DNA of 19,143 nucleotides from the NCBI GenBank assembly GCA_030603595.1, contig JAUVXL010000068.1, positions 1 to 19,143 on the forward strand, in the 5' to 3' direction. Below the pieces are notes generated by a model that was not told the DNA's origin, made no database searches, and saw only the letters and a program-made list of their open reading frames with translations. The DNA comes from Sedimentisphaerales bacterium. GTDB taxonomy: Bacteria; Planctomycetota; Phycisphaerae; Sedimentisphaerales; Anaerobacaceae. Position numbers and translations under genes: made by a program. This document shows, in pieces, positions 1-7,720 of this stretch (position 1 is the first letter of the stretch; each line of letters begins with the position of its first letter).

Positions 1-206
1 ATTTTCCGCACTTTCGTTTTACCATATCTGGCTTCGGCTGGGGGGTGTTTGAAAAGACTAAAACAGCTTCGCCGAAGTCGCAGACGCGCCTCGGCGGGGC
101 GATTCCTTCTGTTGTTACCCACAAATTATTTCAGAGAGCCAGAAAAATAGACCGTCTTTATCTGCTGTTTTTGAATCAAAGTGGTAATAATATAAAGAGG
201 TAAGCT

Positions 207-2006
207 ATGAGCAGGAATGTCACTTTGGGGGCAGTAGTGTTTGTTGGTTTGTTTTTAATTGCAGCCACAGGCATTGCAGCCGGGCCCGATGAGCAAACTG
301 TGAAGCTGAATTGGAAGGATCCCGCTGTGTGGAAGCAGGATGGGATGTGGAAGATAACGCGATGTCCGGGAGGTCTTAACTTCCACAAGGATGAGAAGGC
401 AGCGCACAACTCGATGTGCTGGATGAAGCTGGATAAGCCTTTGAAGAAAGGCCAGACGGTTGAGGTAACGTACAAGATGCAGGTTCCTTTCAAACACATT
501 GATCTATTTATGGGTAACAATTGTGCATATCCACCGCGTGATCAATGGAAAGGGATATATGAAGATGGTGGGATGATGCCCGAGTTCGCCGAAGTGCTCA
601 GTCTGGGTAACAGGCCGCAGACAACGTTGCTTACGTTGCGCAGAACAATCACCAGTAACGATGAAATAAACACGCTTGGTTTTCTTAGCTGGGGTTGGCG
701 ATGGGCATGGAGGGACCTGGCGTTGGACGTTGATACATGGATGGAAGTAACAGAGATAAAGGTGCTGCCGCCGGATGAAGACCCAAATTGGTTTGAGTGG
801 GTATTACCTGAGCCGATTAACAAAAGGAAGATTCCAAAGCGTTCGGCGATTCAGGATTTCTTTCCGTTTGGAGTTTATATATCGTTGGGGAGCATGACGC
901 GTATTGCGCAGCGTGAAGGTAAAGGTTTGTGGCAATTGATGGATGAAATCCTGGCGGATTTGGCCAAGCGAGGTATGAACTTTACGACGATGGTGAATAT
1001 GGGCAGTTCGGACCTCGAGCAGATGGCTGAGATGCACGAGAAATACGGGTTGAAGATGAACCCTGCGTGTGGGCAGTTTGATCTTAAGCACACGAACTTC
1101 GAGCGTATCAAAGAGTCTTTTAAAGAAGCAGTGCTGAAGTTCAAAGGCGGCGATGTAATAGCGGGTTGGGGCTGTGGGGAGGAATTCCCACCGGCGAAGA
1201 TGGAAAGGTTGAAACCTGCTCACGATTTCATTCATCAGTGGGATCCGGACAATACGGTTGTTAATGTTCACAACTGGATGCCGGACTATCACATTGCGTA
1301 CAAATTACTTGACATCAGAATTGCGATACGGGACATCTATCCCTGGCATGGCATTCCACACATAGGGCCTGCGACGCCGGAGTCGTCGATATATTATTAC
1401 GAGGATGATTTAGACAGGTGTCAGCAGTTGCTGCCTCAGGGCGCCAGTTTGTGGGTTTGTGCTCAGGGACATGGTGAAGGAGGCCCTGTGGGAAAGGGTG
1501 GGCACTACAGGACACCGACGTTAGCACAAATAAGGCTTCAGACCTGGGCGGCCCTCGGGCATGGTGTCCAGGGCTTTGAATGGTTCGTGTACCATTCAGA
1601 GGGTACACCGGAAAGGGCCGGATTCGATGGTCTTCGAGCGTTCGACGGCTCAGCAACCGACAGGCTTGTAGAGCTGGGTAAGCTGGCAAAAAAATTAGTG
1701 CCACTGGGTTCGATTATTGCAAAATGGCGTAAAGTTCGCATTCCTGTAGATACGGACAACCGTGACATCAGGGCGTATATGTTTGCCAGCCCGGATGATG
1801 AATTGTACATGGTTGTCTATAACCGGTCGGCTAAGCACCCTTCTGCTGGTAGAGTTCGTGTTCCTTTCACCGTTGGAAGAGACGCGAAGGACCTTGTCAA
1901 CGCTACTAAGCTTGCGGTGACAGCAAGTGGCGCAAAGTCGATATTTTCGGTGAGCTTCAGTCTCGGAACCGGAACTATAATCTCGTTAGGGCGAAAGGTT
2001 CCGTAG
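207..2006 (+). CDS. Secreted hypothetical protein (599 aa). N-terminal signal peptide and beta-sandwich-like region. C-terminal region looks like a glycoside-hydrolase TIM barrel, but no family can be assigned.
   Basis: ATG at 207 is preceded by AAGAGG 6 nt upstream. The N-terminus MSRNVTLGAVVFVGLFLIAATGIAAG is a typical Sec signal. The ORF is long and uninterrupted in a GC-rich frame. Aromatic/acidic-rich segments (FPFGVYISLG, WVCAQGHGEG, GFEWFVYHSEG) resemble GH catalytic barrels, but the family call is not verifiable by eye. Confidence 0.7.
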   Translation: MSRNVTLGAVVFVGLFLIAATGIAAGPDEQTVKLNWKDPAVWKQDGMWKITRCPGGLNFHKDEKAAHNSMCWMKLDKPLKKGQTVEVTYKMQVPFKHIDLFMGNNCAYPPRDQWKGIYEDGGMMPEFAEVLSLGNRPQTTLLTLRRTITSNDEINTLGFLSWGWRWAWRDLALDVDTWMEVTEIKVLPPDEDPNWFEWVLPEPINKRKIPKRSAIQDFFPFGVYISLGSMTRIAQREGKGLWQLMDEILADLAKRGMNFTTMVNMGSSDLEQMAEMHEKYGLKMNPACGQFDLKHTNFERIKESFKEAVLKFKGGDVIAGWGCGEEFPPAKMERLKPAHDFIHQWDPDNTVVNVHNWMPDYHIAYKLLDIRIAIRDIYPWHGIPHIGPATPESSIYYYEDDLDRCQQLLPQGASLWVCAQGHGEGGPVGKGGHYRTPTLAQIRLQTWAALGHGVQGFEWFVYHSEGTPERAGFDGLRAFDGSATDRLVELGKLAKKLVPLGSIIAKWRKVRIPVDTDNRDIRAYMFASPDDELYMVVYNRSAKHPSAGRVRVPFTVGRDAKDLVNATKLAVTASGAKSIFSVSFSLGTGTIISLGRKVP

Positions 2007-2026
2007 GAACGGAAATTTATTTTTCT
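1998..2026 (+). terminator. Weak candidate intrinsic terminator after the first CDS. A GTTCC-gta-GGAAC hairpin overlaps the stop codon and is followed by TTTATTTTTC.
   Basis: The 5-bp stem and T-rich tract are read directly from the sequence. The stem is short and the T-run starts 6 nt after the stem. Confidence 0.25.
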
Positions 2027-2113
2027 TCTTTGGGTCTTTCTGGCAAAAATCTTTTCATATGAAACACTATATCATTTAACAGGTAATTTAAGAATCAGAG
2101 AAAGGGAGAAGTC

Positions 2114-3565
2114 ATGGAACATATAGGTTTGATTATCGTTATCGTGGTGTCGTTTATCGGCGTGAATTCCGGCATTATGGTTTTCGCAGCCAACTACATA
2201 AAAGCCGAGCCCCACGAGGCCCTGGTATTCACCGGCAGAAAGCACAGGGGCACCCAAAGAGGATGGGTCGCCGTTGTCGGCGGGGCAAAGTTCAGGATTC
2301 CCGTTCTGGAGGTAGTCAATAAGATATCTCTCAAGACGATGAACCTTCCCGAGGTGAGGGTCGAAGCGGCGTATTCGGCCGAGGGCGTGCCAGTGACTAT
2401 CGAGGCCGTCGCCAACGTGAAAATCTCCAGCGAGCAGGAGATGCTTGCTAAGGCGGTCGAGAGATTTCTCGGAACTTCAGATCAGCAGATCAAGCAGATT
2501 ATCAAGGAGACATTGGAGGGCCAGCTTCGTGACATTATTGGCGTTATGACCGTCGAGCAGCTTTATCAGGAACGAGATATGTTCGTCAATAAGGTGCTTC
2601 AGCAATCGGGCGATGAGTTGGCGAAGATCGGCGTGATCATCGACATCATCAATATTCAGGATATCCGCGACGAAAGGGGTTATCTCGAGGCCCTCGGCAG
2701 GAAGAGGACCGCTGAGGTTGTAAGGGATGCCGAAATCGGCGAGGCCGAGGCGAAAAGAGATGCGATGAAGCAGTCGGAGACGGCTCGGAGGGAAGGCGAA
2801 GTCGTGCGGGCCGAGCAGGAGAGACAGATTGCCGAGGCCGAGAAGAACCGTGATGTCGCCCAGCAGAACTATGTCGGCCAGACTCTCGGTGCGACGAGAA
2901 AGGCCGAGCAGCAGGGGCCCCTTTTCGAGGCTAAAGCCAAGCAGGAGGTTGTCGTTGAACAACAGAAGGTATTGGAGGAGCAGCAGAAGGCAAGAGAGAG
3001 AGTTGAATCTGCAAGGGCCGAGGCCGAGGAGCAGAAGTACCGGGCTGACAGGGTCATTCCCGCCGAGGCCGACCGGCAGGCGGTTATTCTCAAGGCAGAG
3101 GGCGAGGCCGCGGCCATTCTCAAGAGGGCCGAGGCCCAGGCCAAGGGTATTCAACTAACACTCGAGGCCGAGGCCGAGGGTCTGCGCAAAAAAGCAGAGG
3201 CATGGAACAGCTACGGCAAGGCGGCCCAGCTTAATCTGGCGCTCGAGGCGATCAAAGAGGTGGCCGGCAAGGGCGCCGACGCCCTCGGCGAGATCAAATT
3301 CGATAAGGTCATTGCCATAGACAGCGGCGGCGACGGCGATAATGCGGTGAATCGGATGCTGACGGCGGCGCCCGCAGGGCTGGTTAAGTTCATGGAGCAG
3401 ATGAAGGCTGCGACCGGTATGGATCTGGCCGATATTCTCAAGAAGATAGATTCCATGGAAGATGAGACCGCCGCCTCAGCCCGGATAACAGGCGACGAGC
3501 CGGACGCCGGGCCTCAGACAGATGCAGATGCAGAGCCCAACACCGGCAAGGGCAAGAAGGCATAG
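2114..3565 (+). CDS. Flotillin-like SPFH/band-7 membrane scaffold protein (483 aa). N-terminal TM helix and long EA-rich coiled coil.
   Basis: AGGGAG RBS sits 5 nt upstream of the ATG. The N-terminal hydrophobic helix is IGLIIVIVVSFIGV. The SPFH-like core runs from EPHEALVFTGRKHRG to VVNKISLKTMNLPEVRVE. An extended Glu/Ala/Lys/Arg-rich heptad region (AEAEAK..., EAEAEGLRKKAEA) is typical of bacterial flotillins (FloT/YqiK type). Confidence 0.85.
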   Translation: MEHIGLIIVIVVSFIGVNSGIMVFAANYIKAEPHEALVFTGRKHRGTQRGWVAVVGGAKFRIPVLEVVNKISLKTMNLPEVRVEAAYSAEGVPVTIEAVANVKISSEQEMLAKAVERFLGTSDQQIKQIIKETLEGQLRDIIGVMTVEQLYQERDMFVNKVLQQSGDELAKIGVIIDIINIQDIRDERGYLEALGRKRTAEVVRDAEIGEAEAKRDAMKQSETARREGEVVRAEQERQIAEAEKNRDVAQQNYVGQTLGATRKAEQQGPLFEAKAKQEVVVEQQKVLEEQQKARERVESARAEAEEQKYRADRVIPAEADRQAVILKAEGEAAAILKRAEAQAKGIQLTLEAEAEGLRKKAEAWNSYGKAAQLNLALEAIKEVAGKGADALGEIKFDKVIAIDSGGDGDNAVNRMLTAAPAGLVKFMEQMKAATGMDLADILKKIDSMEDETAASARITGDEPDAGPQTDADAEPNTGKGKKA

Positions 3566-3646
3566 TCCGCAAAGCCGCCTCGAATCCATAGAGCCATTGC
3601 GAATACTTCGCAATTTGGACGGACAGGATAAGAGATAAAGTATAAG

Positions 3647-3680
3647 GGCCGTCGGTATACGTCCGACGGCCTTTTCATTC
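3647..3680 (+). terminator. Rho-independent terminator downstream of the flotillin gene.
   Basis: Perfect 9-bp GC-rich stem GGCCGTCGG / CCGACGGCC (3647-3655 and 3663-3671) with 7-nt loop TATACGT, followed immediately by TTTTCATTC. Confidence 0.65.
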
Positions 3681-3803
3681 GTGCCAATGCCGGATTTGGG
3701 GTTGTTTTGGGAATTGGAAAAACGGCCTTTTAAGGAGAACGGCAGGGTAGGTAATCAGAAAAATCTCAATGAATTGCGGTTTTTTTCAATAGCCCTGCTG
3801 TTG

Positions 3804-4499
3804 CTAGTTTCTCTTACCAACGCCATCATTCTGGGTGGATGGTATCCAATTCTCAACACTGACAGGGGCGCTCTTATGGCCCGCACGGTCATAAATCCAT
3901 ATCTCAACTTCCACTTTTCCAGCGTCCGGGAGTGATATCCAGAGAGCGGGTATATCCTCTGCTTTCCAGGGGTCTTCATTCTGCGGCCCTTTGTCCAAAT
4001 ATTCTCTCCACGCTTCTTCATTCTTTCGTTCGGCACCGTTTCGGATCATTATAGGGAAGAGGCGATTCGTTGTAGTTTTCTCCGACCTGTGTTCAAAAAC
4101 GGGGTATTCCTCCTCAATCACATAGGGCTCATTGTCTGGTCTGGTATGCAACTCCCTTACACCGATGCCAACCAAGTCGCCATCCTCGTCTGACACTCCC
4201 ACTATCAGAACCGGACCAGTCTCTTTCTTGAACTGGTCTAGTTGGGCCCGCACCAGGATGGGTTCTGGATCTATTGTACCGTTGTCACGCTTTAGTAGGA
4301 CATCCTTCGCAAGGAACTTACTTTGGTCAGATGCTGTTGGATGTGTCATAACATTCGCACAGAATCGGATACTCCTGCTTCGGATCAGTTCATTTTCGCC
4401 CACAGGCGACGATTTGTCACACCCACAGACAAAGATAATCGCAAAAACTAGCAGAAAGATCGATATCATCCTGTCATTGACTAACTTCATAAATAGCAT
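3804..4499 (-). CDS. Putative secreted protein or lipoprotein of unknown function (about 231 aa) encoded in an AT-rich island.
   Basis: The ORF is 3804-4511. The most plausible start is the ATG at 4499 (MLFMKLVNDRMISIFLLVFAIIFVCGCDKSS), with AGGTGA about 8 nt upstream. The basic n-region, hydrophobic h-region and Cys pair after the h-region suggest a lipoprotein or signal-peptidase substrate. The lipobox is non-canonical. The rest of the protein carries no recognisable motif. Confidence 0.55.
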   Translation of the reverse strand: MLFMKLVNDRMISIFLLVFAIIFVCGCDKSSPVGENELIRSRSIRFCANVMTHPTASDQSKFLAKDVLLKRDNGTIDPEPILVRAQLDQFKKETGPVLIVGVSDEDGDLVGIGVRELHTRPDNEPYVIEEEYPVFEHRSEKTTTNRLFPIMIRNGAERKNEEAWREYLDKGPQNEDPWKAEDIPALWISLPDAGKVEVEIWIYDRAGHKSAPVSVENWIPSTQNDGVGKRN

Positions 4500-4638
4500 T
4501 CTAAGACTCACCTATTTCTTCTCCAATCTAATTCGTCCGTCGATTTCAAAGAGCCATTATTGAGTATATCACTCCTTGAAGCCGTAAACAACTTTGCTTT
4601 TTGCATTCCCAAACTGACCATCGGTCACTTTGAGTCAT

Positions 4639-5187
4639 TTAGTTGCCGAGCCTTTCGAGTATCTCGTGATGCGCCAGCGTCCAGGCGGCGAGGGTCATTC
4701 CATCCCAGATTACATTCTTTCGGATCATATCTTCGATTTCTTCAGGTGTGCGGTAGAGAATCTCGAATTCCTCTGTGGCGTCGGGCGAAGCTGTGGCTGT
4801 CTGCAGATCGTCGGCCAGGAATACCCTGCAGATTTCGTTCGTGACTCCGTTATAAGGGTTGAACAGCGCAACCTCTCGCATCCGGCCCGCTCGATATCCT
4901 GTTTCTTCCTGCAGTTCCAGGTGAGCGGTTTGCAGGTAATCATGGCCGGCTTCGACGCTGCCGCACGGGAACTCCGCCGACTCGCGGTCCCCAAGATAGC
5001 GGAACTGGTTGACGAGGACTATTTTGCCTTCTTCGGTGACGGGGATCGCCATGCTTGCGCCGTTTGTGTGGACATAATGGTACTGCCCCGAGACCTTGCC
5101 GGGGATTTCAAACTCATCGACCTTGTACGTCCACCATGGATTCTCGGAGACGGTTTTCGTAGTTATTGTTTTCATTCGCTTCAACAT
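4639..5187 (-). CDS. NUDIX hydrolase, ADP-ribose pyrophosphatase (NudF)-like, 182 aa, with a degenerate Nudix box.
   Basis: The fold-level pattern ...GKIVLVNQFRYLGDRESAEFPCGSVEAGHDYLQTAHLELQEETGY... aligns to the NudF Nudix region. The box reads G-x5-H-x7-LELQEETGY, i.e. the canonical E and R of GX5EX7REUXEEXGU are replaced by H and L. Confidence 0.8.
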   Translation of the reverse strand: MLKRMKTITTKTVSENPWWTYKVDEFEIPGKVSGQYHYVHTNGASMAIPVTEEGKIVLVNQFRYLGDRESAEFPCGSVEAGHDYLQTAHLELQEETGYRAGRMREVALFNPYNGVTNEICRVFLADDLQTATASPDATEEFEILYRTPEEIEDMIRKNVIWDGMTLAAWTLAHHEILERLGN

Positions 5188-5411
5188 ACGGCATCCAACC
5201 TGTCAATCTTGTTGCGGTTCTGCTTCCGGACAATACGCCGACAAAGACATATAGTATTCTACACGGAATAGTTGTCGCAGTCTCGGCTAAATCGGGGGAG
5301 GTATTGGCGAGCAGTGCCCATCCTACATGGCTGAATATCGAACACCGAGCACCGAATTTTGAATGGTGAATTTGAGTCCCGGCCAAATACGTACTGGGCG
5401 GGGATGAGGGG

Positions 5412-6215
5412 TTAGTTTGTGGAGGGTTGGGTGTTGATTTTTCTGATTAGGTCGGGTAGTTCTGCGATGTGTTTTATTTTCACTGCGGCGTCGGGCGTCT
5501 TTTTTCCGTCGCTGGTGTAGGCTTCTTTTAGGGCGGCGTGCATACCGTTTTTGAGGGCCGGTGCGATGTCTTTATCGATGCGGTCGCCTACGAAGAGTAT
5601 GTTCTCCGGGGCCTGGCCTATCCTCTCTGCGGCTATCTTGAAAATGCGTGGATCGGGCTTTCGAAAGGGAAATTGGTAGGAATAGAGCCTGACGTCAAAG
5701 AATTCCAGTATGCCCAATTGCTCCATGTGCTTTTCAAGGGCGTAGGCGTGCACAAAAGTATTCGATAAGATGCCAAGCTTGAAGCCGGAGCTTCTCAATG
5801 CCGTCAAAGTCTGTTTTATTTCGGGTTCGGTGCGGCCTATTTCGGTCAGGGGCTTATACCATAGCCAGGTCAGATGCCGCCACTGCTCGGGCGTGAGGTT
5901 GATGCCTCTCTTCGCGCCAGCCTTCTTGAGCAGTTCCAGCGAATCGAAATCCCGGCCCGTGAAGGCTGACATCAGGTGGCACAGGCGCAAACTAAGAAGA
6001 TTCCTTAAGAAATACCACTTGAAGCTGCCGATCCGGTGGTCCAGGCTGTTGATATAATCGTATGTTAATCTTGCTCCTGCCGCAAAAATCTCGGCCTTCT
6101 TGATCCTGCCGAAATCAATGAGGGTATCGCCCAAGTCAAACAATACCGCTTTTATTTGCGTTTTTGGCGTTTGGGATGGGGTATTTCGGACCGCGTTCAA
6201 ATATGATTTCTCCAC
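5412..6215 (-). CDS. HAD-superfamily hydrolase, subfamily IA-like (phosphatase-type), 267 aa, GTG start.
   Basis: Motif I is VLFDLGDTLIDF (DxD nucleophile). A Ser/Thr motif is ILSNTFV. Motif IV is FVGDRIDKDIAPALKNGM (GDxxxD). The GTG start at 6215 has AAGGG about 6 nt upstream. No in-frame ATG lies upstream of the DxD motif. Confidence 0.8.
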   Translation of the reverse strand: MEKSYLNAVRNTPSQTPKTQIKAVLFDLGDTLIDFGRIKKAEIFAAGARLTYDYINSLDHRIGSFKWYFLRNLLSLRLCHLMSAFTGRDFDSLELLKKAGAKRGINLTPEQWRHLTWLWYKPLTEIGRTEPEIKQTLTALRSSGFKLGILSNTFVHAYALEKHMEQLGILEFFDVRLYSYQFPFRKPDPRIFKIAAERIGQAPENILFVGDRIDKDIAPALKNGMHAALKEAYTSDGKKTPDAAVKIKHIAELPDLIRKINTQPSTN

Positions 6216-6216
6216 T

Positions 6217-6345
6217 TATACCCTTGAAGGGTAACAATTCGGCACGAGTGAGATTTAAGTTGTTGTAAAGTTACTACCTACGGCACAAGTTACCCGCCCC
6301 TATGGGGCAGGCGAACGAACGGGCAATTTCAACCGGGAGCACTAT
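6217..6345. repeat. Copy A of a duplicated intergenic element, upstream of the HAD gene and overlapping the 3' end of the LeuA-like CDS.
   Basis: It aligns to 7721-7822 with shared blocks TATACCCTT, AGGGTAA, AAATTC, TGAGATT, AAAGTTACT, CCCGC and GAACGAACGGG-AATTTCAAC-GGGA-CACTAT. Copy A carries an extra about 30-nt insertion (ctacggcacaagttacccgcccctatggggcagg) containing the GCCCC-TAT-GGGGC hairpin. Confidence 0.6.
6219..6233. promoter_or_regulatory. Palindrome TACCCTT-G-AAGGGTA overlapping the RBS and GTG start of the HAD gene. Candidate operator or translational-control hairpin.
   Basis: Perfect 7-bp inverted repeat with a 1-nt spacer read directly from the sequence. Its AAGGG half is the putative Shine-Dalgarno of the HAD gene. 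An equivalent palindrome sits in copy B at 7723-7736. Confidence 0.3.
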
Positions 6346-7675
6346 GGTCCCTCAACGGCGGCATATTGTTGTCAAAAGCCTCGGCGGCCCACTGTATCAT
6401 CTCGTCATCGGATATCGTCGAGACCCTGTCGGCGGCGTACTCGGCGTCGATCTTGTCTTTAATCTTCGTTATTCGCCGGTCGTGTTTTGGTATTTCAATC
6501 TCGTATCGTGCCTCGACCCAGTGCTTAATTCCTGCGGCGCCGGTTTTATCGGTAATAGCGACGCCTGCGGGTCTGTTTAGCAGTAGTTTGGTATTGAAGC
6601 AGTTGTATATTTCCTCGTTTTTGAGCAGTCCGTCGGCGTGAATTCCTGCGCGGGTAACGTTGAAATCCTTTCCGACGAGCGGGTAGTTGTGCGGCACGTT
6701 AAAGCCAAGTTCCTTCTTTGCGTAGTCAGCCAATTCGGTAATCGCGGCATAGTTAACGCCCTCGGTCATTCCCTTCAACTGTGCGTGCTCTACGACGAGC
6801 GCCTCTAAGGGAGGATTTCCCGTTCGCTCGCCGAGGCCGAATATGGCGCAATTTGCCGCGCTGCACCCGTATAGCCATGCCGTTGCGGCGCTCACCTGGA
6901 CTTTATGCAGGTCGTTATGCCCGTGCCATTCGAGACGTTCGGGTGAAACGCCGATTTTTCGAAGGCCATGGATAAGTTTCGGGACGCTCCGCGGCAAAGC
7001 AACGCCGGCCCAGGGCAGGGCGAAACCGAGCGTATCGCAGAGACGAATCTTGACGGGCATATTGTACTCGGCTGAGAGTTTCAGCAAGGCGTTGGCAAAG
7101 GGGAGCACAAAACCTTCATAATCGGCCCTGGTAACGTCCTCGAAGTGGCATCTGGGAATCACGCCGCTATCGAGCGATGCTTTGACAACCTCGATATAGG
7201 CGGCCATCGCCTGGGCCCTCGTCTTTCGCAGCTTGAGGAATATATGGTAGTCGCTTGCGGAGGTCAGGATGCCGGTCTCAGAGAGCCCCATTTGGCTGAC
7301 GAGGCGAAAATCGGCGGCGACGGCCCGTATCCAGCCGGTTACCTCCGGATACTTGTAACCTCGGTCTTTACACAACTCGACGGCTTTTCTGTCGCGTTTT
7401 GAGTATAAAAAGAACTCACACTGGCGAATTAGTCCGGTTCCTCCATCAATTTCGTGCAGGAAATCGTATATTCGCAGTATTTGTTCCGGCGTGTAGGGCG
7501 GGCGGGCCTGCTGGCCGTCACGAAATGTCGTATCCGTTATCCAGATGTTGTCCGGGATCTCGTATTCGAGTCTCTCGTTGTCAAACACGACCTTGGGGAA
7601 CTGGGTATATGGAAACATATCCCGATATAGATTCGGTTTGCCAACATCAACAAGCTTAAGGTTTTTTTCTGGCAT
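6329..7675 (-). CDS. LeuA/NifV-family DRE-TIM metallolyase (2-isopropylmalate / homocitrate / citramalate synthase-like), 448 aa, short form without a LeuA-type C-terminal regulatory domain.
   Basis: The N-terminal substrate/metal motif is IWITDTTFRDGQQA, a variant of DTTLRDGEQ. The distal motif is HGHNDLHKVQVSAATAWLYGCSAANCAIFGLGERTGNPPLEAL, matching HxHND...GxGERxGN..LE of this family. The ATG at 7675 has GGAGA 6 nt upstream. Confidence 0.8.
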   Translation of the reverse strand: MPEKNLKLVDVGKPNLYRDMFPYTQFPKVVFDNERLEYEIPDNIWITDTTFRDGQQARPPYTPEQILRIYDFLHEIDGGTGLIRQCEFFLYSKRDRKAVELCKDRGYKYPEVTGWIRAVAADFRLVSQMGLSETGILTSASDYHIFLKLRKTRAQAMAAYIEVVKASLDSGVIPRCHFEDVTRADYEGFVLPFANALLKLSAEYNMPVKIRLCDTLGFALPWAGVALPRSVPKLIHGLRKIGVSPERLEWHGHNDLHKVQVSAATAWLYGCSAANCAIFGLGERTGNPPLEALVVEHAQLKGMTEGVNYAAITELADYAKKELGFNVPHNYPLVGKDFNVTRAGIHADGLLKNEEIYNCFNTKLLLNRPAGVAITDKTGAAGIKHWVEARYEIEIPKHDRRITKIKDKIDAEYAADRVSTISDDEMIQWAAEAFDNNMPPLRDHSAPG

Positions 7676-7720
7676 TACTTATCTCCGATACGAACATTCG
7701 GCAAAAATCCGGCGGCTATT

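Noticed and set aside
2829-3158. Arg/Pro/Ser-rich alternative-frame ORFs. Examples are 2829-3158 inside the flotillin gene, 11593-11931, 12493-12717, 13524-14027 and 15483-16198.
   Set aside because: The composition (RRRPR runs) is the classic signature of off-frame translation of GC-rich coding DNA.
3681-3935. 84-aa ORF with one hydrophobic helix starting right after the flotillin terminator.
   Set aside because: It has a GTG start with no RBS. Its 3' half overlaps the lipoprotein CDS on the opposite strand. AT-rich DNA readily yields hydrophobic spurious ORFs.
4132-5271. ORFs 4132-4563 (+), 4560-4844 (+) and 4630-5271 (+) antisense to the lipoprotein and NUDIX genes.
   Set aside because: They fully overlap well-supported minus-strand genes. 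They have no RBS or recognisable motifs and are low-complexity or Arg/Ser-rich. They are typical shadow ORFs.
5336-5380. Short shared word cgagcaccga between 5336-5380 and 11153-11180.
   Set aside because: A shared 10-mer is expected by chance many times in 19 kb. There is no extended alignment around it.
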